From NCBI GenBank assembly GCA_036479435.1, contig JAZGFI010000268.1, forward strand, positions 1 through 48,010: a DNA stretch of 48,010 nt, given 5' to 3'. The notes beneath the pieces are model-generated. The model ran no database searches and was not told the DNA's origin. It was given only the letters and a program-made list of their open reading frames with translations. Shown here piece after piece: positions 1-9,661 of this stretch; the stretch's first letter is position 1, and each line of letters opens with the position of its first letter. This stretch comes from Planctomycetota bacterium. Its GTDB lineage: Bacteria > Planctomycetota > GCA-002687715 > DRQF01. The position numbers were made by a program, and so were the translations under genes.

Positions 1-55
1 TCGGAAGCCTTCGGGCAAAGAGGCTCACGACGAGGGAACTCGGCGTGGGCCTCAC

Positions 56-1582
56 TTACTTGAAGGCCAACAGCGGCCTCAAATAGCGCGATGCTGGGAG
101 CCTCAAGATGCGTGGGTGCTTACACCGGGCCAACCAAACCGAAGAGAGGACGGAACTAGATATTTCAACCGTGCGATCAATTCCTCCGTAGTCCGGAGCG
201 AATGCACCAACGGCCGTCACTCCCAAGACATCAAGACCTGGAATGCCGAGAACATCTCGCACCGTGCCGTCACGGTAACTCGCATCGAAGGCCGGGCGGC
301 CAAGGTGCCGTTGAAGGTAAGCCGGAAAAAGGCCCGGTCCGACCCCCATAGAGGTAATCACGTCAGCGAAGCCGTCGCCATCGGCGTCAGCCACCGAAAT
401 GAACTCCCCGAGCCGAGCTCCATTGCCAATGCCGTAGTCCACGCCTATAAAGGACAAGTCTGCGCCCGAATAAAACAGGATCGCTCCAGTACTAGCGGCG
501 AAACCCAGATTAGCTGCACGGTCGCCCACAATGAGGTCCGTGACCCCGTCCCCATCCCAGTCCGCGTCGCTGCAAAAGTCTGTTGCAAATGCCGTCGTAA
601 AGTTGACTCCCAAACAAACTGGGGCCGACAATACGGCAAGGGGCTGCGCCGTCACCGAAGATCGAACGACGATGGTATTGTTGACTTCGTTGTGTACAAA
701 GTCCTTCGCGCCGTCGCCATCAAAGTCATTAAACTGTCCGAATGTGGACCCCATCGCGCCCCCACCTATGGGGAGGACGTCGACGGAAAAATGATAGCCT
801 CCGTTGGAGCCCCATATCTCTGCTGTTCCGGCAACGGGGCCGACATGACCGATTTCGTAGGCAGCGCGCGCCACGAAGTCCTTGAGCCCGTCGCCGTCGA
901 AATCCTCAATGCTGAGTACCGTAGCGCCAAGGCCCCTACCTCCACCTCCGCCGAACCAATGGCCAAACACAAAACTAGTAACGGGCGACATGATGACCAA
1001 GGCCCCCTGGCCCCCTCCCGTCGCGGCCGATCCGATCAGCAACTCACGCCTCCCGTCACCGTCAAGGTCATCGAGTTCATCGAAAACTGTCAAGAGAATC
1101 GTGGCACCGCTAACATCGGCGGGAGCGGGAATTGCGACCGACTGAATAATAGTCCCGGTGACCAGATCGACCACGTCGATGCTGATGTCCGGAAGGATTG
1201 AGAACACCGACAATGGATCAAAGCGTTGCACCAGCAGTTCGCGAATGCCATCGCCCGTCCAGTCGTCCGTCAATTGAATCTTGAACGTATTCGTGTGGAC
1301 ACCCGCACTCGAAACGGGTGACGGGGTGCTGATATAGCTACCATCAGCACCGCTGAAGGTCACAACCTCTTCGAACATGGCGCCACAAAAATCAGCGCAG
1401 CCATCCCCATCGATGTCATCGACCCACAAAATTCCTCTGACGATGGCATAGGGCTCGCTCGCGGGGTAGGAGTTCACCCAGTCCGGGTTGATGAGGGTAA
1501 ATTGCGCACCGGCGATCGAAGAAAAGAGCAGCCAAGCGCACACAAAGCCAGCGCAACGGCTTGGATTAAGAGTTCGTGTCAT
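56..1582 (-). CDS. Secreted FG-GAP (integrin-alpha-like beta-propeller) repeat protein
   Basis: Signal-peptide-like N-terminus (AGFVCAWLLFSSIAGA-Q) after the ATG at 1582; repeated DxDGDG Ca-binding motifs (DIDGDGCAD, DWTGDGIRE, DLDGDGRRE, DFDGDGLKD, DFDGDGAKD, DWDGDGVTD, DADGDGFAD). ORF track start 1627 is probably too long. Confidence 0.8.
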   Translation of the reverse strand: MTRTLNPSRCAGFVCAWLLFSSIAGAQFTLINPDWVNSYPASEPYAIVRGILWVDDIDGDGCADFCGAMFEEVVTFSGADGSYISTPSPVSSAGVHTNTFKIQLTDDWTGDGIRELLVQRFDPLSVFSILPDISIDVVDLVTGTIIQSVAIPAPADVSGATILLTVFDELDDLDGDGRRELLIGSAATGGGQGALVIMSPVTSFVFGHWFGGGGGRGLGATVLSIEDFDGDGLKDFVARAAYEIGHVGPVAGTAEIWGSNGGYHFSVDVLPIGGGAMGSTFGQFNDFDGDGAKDFVHNEVNNTIVVRSSVTAQPLAVLSAPVCLGVNFTTAFATDFCSDADWDGDGVTDLIVGDRAANLGFAASTGAILFYSGADLSFIGVDYGIGNGARLGEFISVADADGDGFADVITSMGVGPGLFPAYLQRHLGRPAFDASYRDGTVRDVLGIPGLDVLGVTAVGAFAPDYGGIDRTVEISSSVLSSVWLARCKHPRILRLPASRYLRPLLAFK

Positions 1583-1885
1583 CTTCGCAGAGATCCTTTG
1601 TTTCGGTTTCCCTTCGTTTCTGCGCAAGAATCACTGGCTTCATGTAGGGGGGAGATGCCTGCCCGTGGAACTTAGATCCCGGGCCGGGCGGCTGTCAAGC
1701 AAATTGACCGGAATCATGGGGAGGTGCGGTGGGTACGAGACGATACCATGATGGGGATTGCTCCGGTCTTTGTGGCTGGTGCCGCCAAGTTGACAATCAT
1801 GCGCTCTGGCGAGTTGGGCTTGGAGTTCAATAGGCCGCGACGTCATCTTGCGGCCAGTGTGCAATTCGGAGCAGGGGGGAAGAAA

Positions 1886-2500
1886 GTGTCTACGACGAAG
1901 CGGCAACAGGCGCTCGAGCGATGGTCGGGGGGTGACTATTTGGGTCGCTTGGCGAGTGACCTTTTGCGACCGGTGGATCATGGGCGACGGACGTTTCCGG
2001 CCTATACTTTTGTGCCGGGGCATCAGCCGCATCCTTGGCGGGATCCTGCGGGGCATTCTTTTGGCCGAGAGAGGGTGGAGGCGGGCGAGGTCGATTCTAA
2101 GAACTGGGGCCAGCATCCGCTTTGGAATGAAGGACTCGACCTTTTTAATCACGGTTACTTTTGGGAAGCGCACGAGGCCTTGGAGGCTCTTTGGCATGGG
2201 CTGGGGAGAGAGGGGCCGGTGGCGGACCTGTTGCGGGCGTTGATCAAGGCTTGTGCGGCGCACTTAAAGGCCTTTGATGATCAGAATATTGGCCCGCGCA
2301 CTTTGGCGCGCCGGGCGGCCGAGGAAATTGAAGGTTTGCTCGATCGAGATGGGGCCTTGGTTGGTGTGGTTTGGTCCCAGCGCTTTGAGACCGAGTTGCG
2401 CCACTTTTTGTCCGAGCACCGAAATTGGTTTGAGACTTTGTTGGCCGAAGGTCCGGTGTTACCGGCATTTCCGTTCTTGCGATTTCACGAGCCGACTTAG
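1886..2500 (+). CDS. DUF309 domain protein
   Basis: GLDLFNHGYFWEAHEALEALW signature, preceded by PAYTFVPGHQPHP. GTG at 1886 after a purine-rich RBS-like tract chosen as start (ORF open from 1724). Confidence 0.8.
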   Translation: MSTTKRQQALERWSGGDYLGRLASDLLRPVDHGRRTFPAYTFVPGHQPHPWRDPAGHSFGRERVEAGEVDSKNWGQHPLWNEGLDLFNHGYFWEAHEALEALWHGLGREGPVADLLRALIKACAAHLKAFDDQNIGPRTLARRAAEEIEGLLDRDGALVGVVWSQRFETELRHFLSEHRNWFETLLAEGPVLPAFPFLRFHEPT

Positions 2501-2533
2501 CACGAGTTTGAATCCAAAAGAGTAGGGGACCTG

Positions 2534-3943
2534 GTGCCGCAGCAGCGCGAACAAGACGCCGAAGAGTATGACGCCGACGCGAAGATTGCGACGGCGCATT
2601 ATGAGTTTGCGGGTTCGGAGTCTGAGGGTTGGACGGTTCTTCGGAACCGGCTTCCTTGGCTGGATCTTGGACCTGGCTATCGCTTTTTGGATGTTGCCAG
2701 TTGCGGCGTTTGCTCCACGGATTTGGCGCGGCGCTTTTTGCCTTTTCCCCTGCCTCAAGTAATTGGTCATGAAGTGGTGGTCAAAGACGACGCCGGTGAA
2801 CGCTATGTGGTGGAGATCAATGCCTCTTGTGTGGCGCGAGGACTGAAGACGTGGTGTTCGTTTTGCGAGCGGGGATTGCCCACTCATTGCCCGCAACGTT
2901 TGACCATCGGGATTGATCGCCTTCCTGGCGGGTTTGGCGCGGGGATCTTAGCTCCTTGTAATGCTCTGTTGCCGGTTCCGATGAGCCTTCCCACCGAAAC
3001 CGCGGTTATGGTCGAACCCTTTGCGGCCGCCCTTCATGCGGTTGAAGGTGTCGCACCGAAGGCTGGCGAAGTGATTGCGGTTTTGGGGCCGCGGCGACTG
3101 GGGATGTTGGCTTTGGCGGCGTTGGCGGCCTGGCGAAAGGACCGCGGCGTTGACTTTAAGATACTGGCCCTTCCGCGCCGCGATGGCTTGAGCGCGTTGG
3201 CCCTGGCGATGGGAGCCGACGAGGTCAAGGTCTTGCGAGGCACTGAGGAAGGCCTGGCCGACGTCGTCATTGACACCACGGGGCATCCCCTGGGGCTTGA
3301 AGCTGCTTTGCTGTTGGCGAAGCGCGAAGTGCATTTGAAATCAACTCACGGTCAAGCGGCGGCCGGGTTGAGTAAGTTGACGGAACTCGTGGTTGATGAG
3401 ATTGGCATTGCGCGGGCGGATCTTGACGGCGAGCTTCCGGGTGGGTTTGCCCTATCTTCGGGTGAAAGGCCTTTGGTGGTGTGGTGCTCCGAGGAGAAGC
3501 CTCCCGAATCCTGGCGGTCGGCGGCGCAGATCTTGCTGGCGGCGACTGCCGCTGAGGCGGCCGCAATACTGAAGGCGAATCCAGCCTTGCATCCCTTGGG
3601 GCGGGCCGATGCGGTGGTCGTGGACACTTCAGCCCAGATCGACGAAGCCCTGCGCTACGATGCGGCGCTTGAATTGAGTTTGTTGCGCCCTCGGGGGTTG
3701 GTCTTGTTGACGGCGAAGTCAAAGCCCAAGGGAGCCTTGGCGCAGGCCGTGGTGGAACGGGGGCTAAGGCTTAGCTCTAGTCGCTGCGGAGATTTCCACT
3801 TGGCCTTGAGGCTGCTCGATTCCAGTGACGAATTTCGCAAGCTCGGTCAGACCTTCGTGACGCATCGATTCAGGCGGGGGGAGTTGGCCGAGGCCTTGCG
3901 CGTTGCGGCGACACCAGCTTGCATCAAAGCGGTGGTGAATTAG
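2534..3943 (+). CDS. Zinc-binding medium-chain dehydrogenase/reductase (alcohol dehydrogenase-like), atypically long
   Basis: CGVCSTD, GHE, structural-Zn cluster C..CSFC..THC, VEPFAAALHAV, degenerate Rossmann loop LGPRRLG; RBS-like GGGG upstream of GTG. Confidence 0.8.
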   Translation: MPQQREQDAEEYDADAKIATAHYEFAGSESEGWTVLRNRLPWLDLGPGYRFLDVASCGVCSTDLARRFLPFPLPQVIGHEVVVKDDAGERYVVEINASCVARGLKTWCSFCERGLPTHCPQRLTIGIDRLPGGFGAGILAPCNALLPVPMSLPTETAVMVEPFAAALHAVEGVAPKAGEVIAVLGPRRLGMLALAALAAWRKDRGVDFKILALPRRDGLSALALAMGADEVKVLRGTEEGLADVVIDTTGHPLGLEAALLLAKREVHLKSTHGQAAAGLSKLTELVVDEIGIARADLDGELPGGFALSSGERPLVVWCSEEKPPESWRSAAQILLAATAAEAAAILKANPALHPLGRADAVVVDTSAQIDEALRYDAALELSLLRPRGLVLLTAKSKPKGALAQAVVERGLRLSSSRCGDFHLALRLLDSSDEFRKLGQTFVTHRFRRGELAEALRVAATPACIKAVVN

Positions 3944-3964
3944 GCCTTCGCTTTGTGCTTGGCT

Positions 3965-4285
3965 TTAACGCGGCCCGGCCCAGCGTAGACGCTCGACGGG
4001 TTCCCCCGCGATGAGGTGGCGATCCACGATCTCATCGACATCGCTGAGCTGGACGCCCTCGTACCAGATGGCTTCGGGATAAACGACGACGGTAACGCCT
4101 CGCTCGCAGGCGTCGAGGCAACCGGCCGCGTTGGCCCGGACCTTGAGGCTGAGTCCGCGCGAGGTAACGGCATCTTTAAAGGCGAGCCGGATTTCGAGGG
4201 AACCCTTGGAGTGGCAGCAGCCCCGAGGGTGGCCGTCCGGGCGATCATTCGTGCAAACGAAAAGATGTTGCTCGAAGGGGGGCAC
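3965..4285 (-). CDS. Thioredoxin-like [2Fe-2S] ferredoxin
   Basis: HLFVCTN..HPRGCC, AGCLDACERG, VVVYPEAIWY: Cys pattern of the Aquifex/Clostridium-type 2Fe-2S ferredoxins. Confidence 0.9.
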   Translation of the reverse strand: MPPFEQHLFVCTNDRPDGHPRGCCHSKGSLEIRLAFKDAVTSRGLSLKVRANAAGCLDACERGVTVVVYPEAIWYEGVQLSDVDEIVDRHLIAGEPVERLRWAGPR

Positions 4286-4290
4286 CCTGG

Positions 4291-4806
4291 CTAGTCTTGC
4301 GCCGATGAAGCTTGCGCGGGCACCGGAATGGTGACGCCGATGACGCGAGCTTCGCAGACCAGCTTTTGATCGACCCAGGCCTGCATGTCAAAGACGGCGC
4401 GTTGGCGACGCAGAGCCTTGGCCTTGACCATCAGCAACAAATCGTCACCCGGCCGCACCGAGCCGCGAAAGCGCACGCTCTCAAGACCACCGAAGCCAAA
4501 GATCACCCCGTCGAGTTTGCCGTACTTTTTGTGGAAGCAGAAAGAGGCCACTTGCGCGCCCGCTTCCACCATCAAAACCCCAGGGAACAGGGGGTTGCCC
4601 GGGAAGTGTCCGCGCGTCCAAAACTCTGCAGGCTCAACGTGGCGCAGAGCGCAGGCTTGCAGCGGCTCATCCCAAAGTTTGACGATTCCACTGATCTGCT
4701 CCATTTCGTGGCGGTGAGGATTGAAGGCACGGATGTCCTCAATCCCGTATTCCACCTGGGTCAAATCAAGGCCATCGATATCGAAAAGGGGCTCGGCTGC
4801 GGGCAT
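4291..4806 (-). CDS. fabZ: 3-hydroxyacyl-ACP dehydratase (FabZ/FabA hotdog family)
   Basis: NPHRHEM, GHFPGNPLFPGVLMVEAGAQ, VRFRGSVRPGD motifs. Confidence 0.85.
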   Translation of the reverse strand: MPAAEPLFDIDGLDLTQVEYGIEDIRAFNPHRHEMEQISGIVKLWDEPLQACALRHVEPAEFWTRGHFPGNPLFPGVLMVEAGAQVASFCFHKKYGKLDGVIFGFGGLESVRFRGSVRPGDDLLLMVKAKALRRQRAVFDMQAWVDQKLVCEARVIGVTIPVPAQASSAQD

Positions 4807-4986
4807 GTTGAGTCTCTGGGATTTGCGCTGAGGGGCTGATCAAATGGGGTTGGAGTGAACGAATGAGCCTACGACGCACCATCCCTGGGTGCAAGAAAAT
4901 CGACGGGAAGCCAAGGCAGAACCGAAGCAGTGCCTGCTTGGAGGTCCTTCAGCGCCAGGGCGGTAGGAACTGATAGGCGATGCGCC

Positions 4987-5448
4987 CTAAGTTGGCGTCC
5001 CTGATCCAGCCCGGTAAAGCAATTCCCAAATCCTTGCGACGTTGCCGCGCTTGATAGCTTCCAGCGGAGTAAGGCCATCAAGCGGCTCAAGGGCTTGGTC
5101 CAACCAGGTAGCGATGTAGTCGCTCCTCACGATTTCAGCGAGGGTTTCCAGAAGATGAATAGCCTCAATGACGTTGCGGTAAGACGGAGAATTCTTCTTG
5201 AGCGCTGCATTCGCGTTCTCAAACCCACTTAGGCGCCGTATCGAAATACCGATGAGATCGGCCATTGTTTGTTGAGATAGACCAAATTCGAGTCGAAATC
5301 CTCTGAGGTTTCGCAGTGCGTCAGTGTTGTTCCACTTCGACGATGTTTTCTCGAAAAGATCTCCGTGGTCGAGGCTCAACTTCGGGGATGGTGAACGTGC
5401 TGCTCGTTTCCGGGTCGTTTCAGACGCGCGATTTGTCTTTGAAGTCAT
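4987..5448 (-). CDS. Xre/MbcA/ParS-type antitoxin (XRE HTH + C-terminal toxin-binding domain)
   Basis: HTH (FRLEFGLSQQTMADLIGISIRRLSGFEN) plus C-terminal WL..ALEPLDGLTPLEAIKRG typical of DUF2384/MbcA-like domains; adjacent to RES gene. Confidence 0.8.
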   Translation of the reverse strand: MTSKTNRASETTRKRAARSPSPKLSLDHGDLFEKTSSKWNNTDALRNLRGFRLEFGLSQQTMADLIGISIRRLSGFENANAALKKNSPSYRNVIEAIHLLETLAEIVRSDYIATWLDQALEPLDGLTPLEAIKRGNVARIWELLYRAGSGTPT

Positions 5449-5483
5449 CTAAATAGTATCGGCGATAACCAGCAAGAAGTCAA
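5449..5483 (-). promoter_or_regulatory. Sigma70-type promoter for the antitoxin, probably leaderless mRNA
   Basis: Minus strand reads TTGACT (5483-5478), 17-bp spacer, GATACT (5460-5455), ATTTAG, then ATG (5448); no Shine-Dalgarno. Confidence 0.6.
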
Positions 5484-5496
5484 GCAAAAATGCCGG

Positions 5497-6072
5497 TTAC
5501 CTGAGAGGCGCCAAGTAGCTTTTTGTTTCCAGGTTGTCCGGAAAGACCACCAAGTTGACGCCACCGGGCCATGCGGCAGATGGGGTCAGAATTCCCTCCA
5601 AACCACACTCGAAAGCGGCGCGGCCAAGCGCTTGCGTGATGGCCTCGCCACCGTGTTTTGAAATGCCATCCCAGTCAGTGTCTTGGATGGTTCCTTCGGA
5701 AAGCCGCAGTCGTTGCCGGATTCTGCCTTGAGTCAAGTCGAGAACGCTTGTGAGTTTCACTCGGATGGCGACGACGAGTTTAGGCATGGCTTTCCAATCC
5801 GGAAAGCCGAGGCGGCGTGTGCCAGCTAACGACTCTTCCAAGGCAGTCGATGCTTCCGTGCTCGCGAATACTGCATTGGCGACGTACGGCAATAACCAAC
5901 GGCTAGCGTACTTGTAGCCGCCACCGCCGTTGATGAGATCTTTCGGCGACGCCCAATCAGGAGATGAGAACCGGTACAAAACACCATGCCAACGACTTAG
6001 TCTTCGTTCGTTGCACAGCTTATTCAAGGTGCTCTTGAGCGTATTGAATCGTGGGTGGGGAATGAATGCCAT
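5497..6072 (-). CDS. RES-domain toxin (NAD+ phosphorylase/ADP-ribosyltransferase-like)
   Basis: LYR (R), SRW, FAS..TALEE (E), VLDLT, TQALGRAAFECGLEGILTPSA (S), GVNLVVFPDN. Confidence 0.85.
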   Translation of the reverse strand: MAFIPHPRFNTLKSTLNKLCNERRLSRWHGVLYRFSSPDWASPKDLINGGGGYKYASRWLLPYVANAVFASTEASTALEESLAGTRRLGFPDWKAMPKLVVAIRVKLTSVLDLTQGRIRQRLRLSEGTIQDTDWDGISKHGGEAITQALGRAAFECGLEGILTPSAAWPGGVNLVVFPDNLETKSYLAPLR

Positions 6073-6191
6073 CGCGCTTGTCCGATTTAGGTTCGAACAG
6101 CATGACCTTAGTGGCAGACATTGCCGAGACTTGTGGTATTAAGTCGGCCCCCCAATTCAGCAACCTGAAAACCGCGAGGTATCGGTCCGTT

Positions 6192-8006
6192 CTACCGGAG
6201 TTCCGTGAACTGAGTTTCGCCGCGTTTAAGGCGGTACCAGGCGTTTGGATTGGGGGCGGGGAGGGTGATCTTGCTGCCGTTGGGCCAGCGGATCTCGAAG
6301 CTCTTTGGCGCGTCGGAGCCGAAGCCGAAGTGGAGAGCGGGATCGCTGCTGCCGAGGTAGCCGCTGCCGCCGAGGACGTCTCGGCGGATACGGCGTCCGC
6401 TTTCGGTGACGGCGATGACCGTGGCTCCGTTCGCGTGGCGGTTGGCGGGATTGTTGTTGTCGAGTTCGAGACCCAACCAAGGGCCTTGAGCCGTGGATTG
6501 GTTGTGGAGAAGCGTGGGCCAGGAATCAACGTTGGTGATGAGAATATCGACGCGGCCATCGCGGTCGAGGTCTGAGAAGATAGCGCCGCGGGAGACCCGA
6601 GCCATCTTCATGGCCGCCCCGGCCTCGGGCGCGCGGTCGCGGTATTTTAGGGTGCCGCCAACTTCACGCATGAAGAGCTGGTTGGGCTGTGGGTAGCTGG
6701 TGCCCAAATTCGCGATGCCCTCAGCTTGCGGGTAGACGTGACCGCTGGCGACGAAGATGTCTTGGTAACCGTTGAGGTCGAAGTCGTAGGCCCCGGTGCC
6801 CCAAGACAAAAAGGGATAGCTCGCCGATCCGCCGAGACCGATCAAGCTGGTGCGGTCGTCGAAGTACATGTTGCCGGGTTCGCCCGAGTTGATGTACATC
6901 GTGTTGGTGTCGTGCGAGAAGTTGGTGACGAAGAGATCCATGCGGCCGTCGTCGTTGAGGTCGGCCGCGGTGACACCCATGCCGGCTTGTTCGACGGCGT
7001 CGGCGTTGACGGCGATCTGCCACTCGTGGGCGCGTTCGTGGAACTTCCCTCCGCCGGCGTTTTCGAAGAATAAGTTGGGGCGGGAATCCACGGCGACGTA
7101 GACATCTGTGTCGCCATCGTCGTCAAAATCCGCCGTCACCACGCCGAGTGAATAACCACCCTTGATGCGGCCGCGTTTGTCTTTGATAGCGAAGCCGAAG
7201 GTCTCGGTTGCCTCGACGAACTTGCCGTCTTGGTTTTCGTAGAAAGAGTCGGGGGAGGGCTCGAGGCCGCGGGGACCACAACAAACTTTCAGGTTGCGCC
7301 ACTCGCAGGGCACACCGTCGTTCGGTGGGTTTTGGGGGTCGAACTCGAGGTAGTTGCAGACATAAAGGTCGAGGTCGCCATCGCCGTCGGCGTCGAAAAA
7401 GGCAGCACTCGTGCTCCAACCTTTATCGGCACCGCCGACTTCGGCCGTGACGTCCTTGAATTTTCCACTGCCGCCAAGATTGCGAAAAAAGCGATTGCTG
7501 CCGAGCTGAGTGACGTAGACGTCATCCCAACCATCTTCGTCGAAGTCGACGGTGTAGGCGCCGCAACTCCAGTCCAAACACTCGAGCCCTGAAGCGCTCA
7601 CCAAGGTGAATTTCAGGCCGCCGTCGTTTCTAAAGAGCGCGTTGGGGAATCTCTTGTCGCCGGGAGCGCGGAGGTCGCCGCCGTTGCAAAAGTAGATGTC
7701 TTGGTCGCCGTCGTTGTCGAAGTCGAAGAACATCGCTCCTTGGCCGATGTTTTCCGGGATCATCATCTTCTGAGCCGTGCCGGAGCGGCCGCGGAAAGTG
7801 ATGCCGGCGGCCCTAGTGATGTCTGAAAACCACACCGACCCCGGTGAATCTGCGTCTTTGGTTTCGGGCGCGGGTCCGAAGGGCGAGTCCATAACGCGGT
7901 TCTCGACTTTTTCCGCGCGAGTTTGATTCTCAGCGTTGTCCGAGCAGGAACTGAAGCTGAACATGCTGATGAGCAGGATCGACAAGGCGCAATATCGAGC
8001 GGTCAT
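6192..8006 (-). CDS. CRTAC1/ASPIC-UnbV family FG-GAP protein, probable lipoprotein
   Basis: Lipobox-like FSSC after a hydrophobic stretch from ATG 8006; repeated DxDxDG motifs; C-terminal GGSGYLGSSDPALHFGFG..IRWPNG (ASPIC/UnbV). Confidence 0.85.
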   Translation of the reverse strand: MTARYCALSILLISMFSFSSCSDNAENQTRAEKVENRVMDSPFGPAPETKDADSPGSVWFSDITRAAGITFRGRSGTAQKMMIPENIGQGAMFFDFDNDGDQDIYFCNGGDLRAPGDKRFPNALFRNDGGLKFTLVSASGLECLDWSCGAYTVDFDEDGWDDVYVTQLGSNRFFRNLGGSGKFKDVTAEVGGADKGWSTSAAFFDADGDGDLDLYVCNYLEFDPQNPPNDGVPCEWRNLKVCCGPRGLEPSPDSFYENQDGKFVEATETFGFAIKDKRGRIKGGYSLGVVTADFDDDGDTDVYVAVDSRPNLFFENAGGGKFHERAHEWQIAVNADAVEQAGMGVTAADLNDDGRMDLFVTNFSHDTNTMYINSGEPGNMYFDDRTSLIGLGGSASYPFLSWGTGAYDFDLNGYQDIFVASGHVYPQAEGIANLGTSYPQPNQLFMREVGGTLKYRDRAPEAGAAMKMARVSRGAIFSDLDRDGRVDILITNVDSWPTLLHNQSTAQGPWLGLELDNNNPANRHANGATVIAVTESGRRIRRDVLGGSGYLGSSDPALHFGFGSDAPKSFEIRWPNGSKITLPAPNPNAWYRLKRGETQFTELR

Positions 8007-8200
8007 GATCAATGAATCCGGGAGTGTTTCGGCATGTTTCAACTGGGCGAAGCGTACGAGAAATGTGCGCTGAGACCCTGCGAAACGACGGAAATTGCCC
8101 GCTTTTTGCCGGGGCGCGGTTTGTGCTTGGTGTTCGCGCCAGGCTCGCCAGAGATTTGCTAATCTCGGCGTATCGCTGTCGATCGCATCGGAGAAGCTGA

Positions 8201-9661
8201 ATGTCGTCTTGCGAAGTAGTCTTTTGTTCCTTTGAAGCACACCCCTTCGCGAAAGTGGGGGGGCTCGCGGACGTCGCCGGTGCCCTGCCGGATGCGCTGG
8301 CGGAGGTGGGCGTCAATTGCAAACTGATCATGCCGCGCTTCGCCCAAATCGACGCCGCCAAGTTCGATTTGGAACCAGTGGAGATTCCGAACGACTGGTA
8401 CGTCAGCATTCGGAACGAGCGCTATCCCTTTCAATGCTGGAAGACCAAGACGGCAAAGGGGGCCGAGGTCTATTTTCTTGGGGATGAGCACTTTTTTGGG
8501 CGGCCGGGAATCTACGCCGACGCCGATGGCAAGGCCTTTCCTCAGGAACTCGATCGCTACGTCTTCTTCGCGAAAGGCTGTTTGGAACTTGTGAAGTGCC
8601 TGGGCTGGCGCCCGGACGTTATTCACAGCAATGACTATCAAACCGGTGCGATCGCTGCCTGGGTGCGTCGCACCTATGCCGATGAGCAGGCCTTCGCGAG
8701 GACCCGATTGGTTTACTCGATTCACAACCTCGCTTACCAAGGGGTCTACGAGGCTGAAGCGATGGCGTCCATGGGGTTTGGATCGGATGAGTTTGAGCCC
8801 ATGGGCCCTTTCGAGTTTCACGGGGCGGTGAATCTGATGAAAATCGGGATCAACTTCGCCGACGCCGTGAACACCGTGAGCCCGAGCTACGCGCGTGAGA
8901 TCTTGACGGAGGCTCACGGCGCCGGTTTAGAGGGCGTGCTGCAAGCCGCGTCGCACAAACTCTCAGGGATTTTGAATGGCATCGATACGGCGGTCTGGAA
9001 TCCAGAAACAGATCCCCTGGTTGGCTCGACTTACTCCCTTGACGACCTAAGTGGCAAAAAAGAAGCCAAGCGTGCCCTCATGGCCGAGTGCGACTTAGAC
9101 CCATCGAAGATCGATCGCCCCTTGGTGGGCATGATCGGTCGCCTTGTCGAACAAAAGGGCGGCGACCTCGTCTTGCCCCTTGTCGACGACATCATCGGAC
9201 ACGATGTCAGCTTGGTTTTATTGGGATCGGGTGCCGCGGATTTGGAGCAAGGTTGGAAGGATGCCGCCGCCAGGCACCCGGGGCGACTTCATGCCAAAAT
9301 TGGATTTGACGAAGGGTTGGCCCACCGCATTACCGCGGGCGCCGACATCTTTTTGATGCCTTCGCGTTATGAACCCTGTGGTCTGAATCAAATGTACGCG
9401 ATGCGCTACGGCACCATTCCTGTCGTCCACCGAACCGGCGGCCTGGCCGATACGGTGGAGGAATGGAACGGCGAGGCAAAAAGCGGCACGGGCTTTTTGT
9501 TCGATGAGCCCCGCGAAGATCTGTTGGCTAGCGCCTTAGGTCGCGCCTTTGAGGTCTTTGACCAAGGAGAAAACTGGACTCGCTTGCAGAATAACGCGAT
9601 GAGCAAAGACTTCTCATGGACCCGAAGTGCCAGGGAATACCAGCAGCTCTATTTGGGCTGA
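8201..9661 (+). CDS. glgA: Glycogen synthase (GT5)
   Basis: EAHPFAKVGGLADV, HSNDYQT, IHNLAYQG, RLVEQKG, MPSRYEPCGLNQMYAMRYGT; GGAG RBS. Confidence 0.95.
   Translation: MSSCEVVFCSFEAHPFAKVGGLADVAGALPDALAEVGVNCKLIMPRFAQIDAAKFDLEPVEIPNDWYVSIRNERYPFQCWKTKTAKGAEVYFLGDEHFFGRPGIYADADGKAFPQELDRYVFFAKGCLELVKCLGWRPDVIHSNDYQTGAIAAWVRRTYADEQAFARTRLVYSIHNLAYQGVYEAEAMASMGFGSDEFEPMGPFEFHGAVNLMKIGINFADAVNTVSPSYAREILTEAHGAGLEGVLQAASHKLSGILNGIDTAVWNPETDPLVGSTYSLDDLSGKKEAKRALMAECDLDPSKIDRPLVGMIGRLVEQKGGDLVLPLVDDIIGHDVSLVLLGSGAADLEQGWKDAAARHPGRLHAKIGFDEGLAHRITAGADIFLMPSRYEPCGLNQMYAMRYGTIPVVHRTGGLADTVEEWNGEAKSGTGFLFDEPREDLLASALGRAFEVFDQGENWTRLQNNAMSKDFSWTRSAREYQQLYLG

Noticed and set aside
4807..6191. Toxin-antitoxin region as a discrete mobile island
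   Set aside because: No integrase, transposase, flanking direct repeats or tRNA target visible.
9649..9661. Convergent 13-bp overlap of glgA and tsaD
   Set aside because: Short tail-to-tail overlaps are common and unremarkable.
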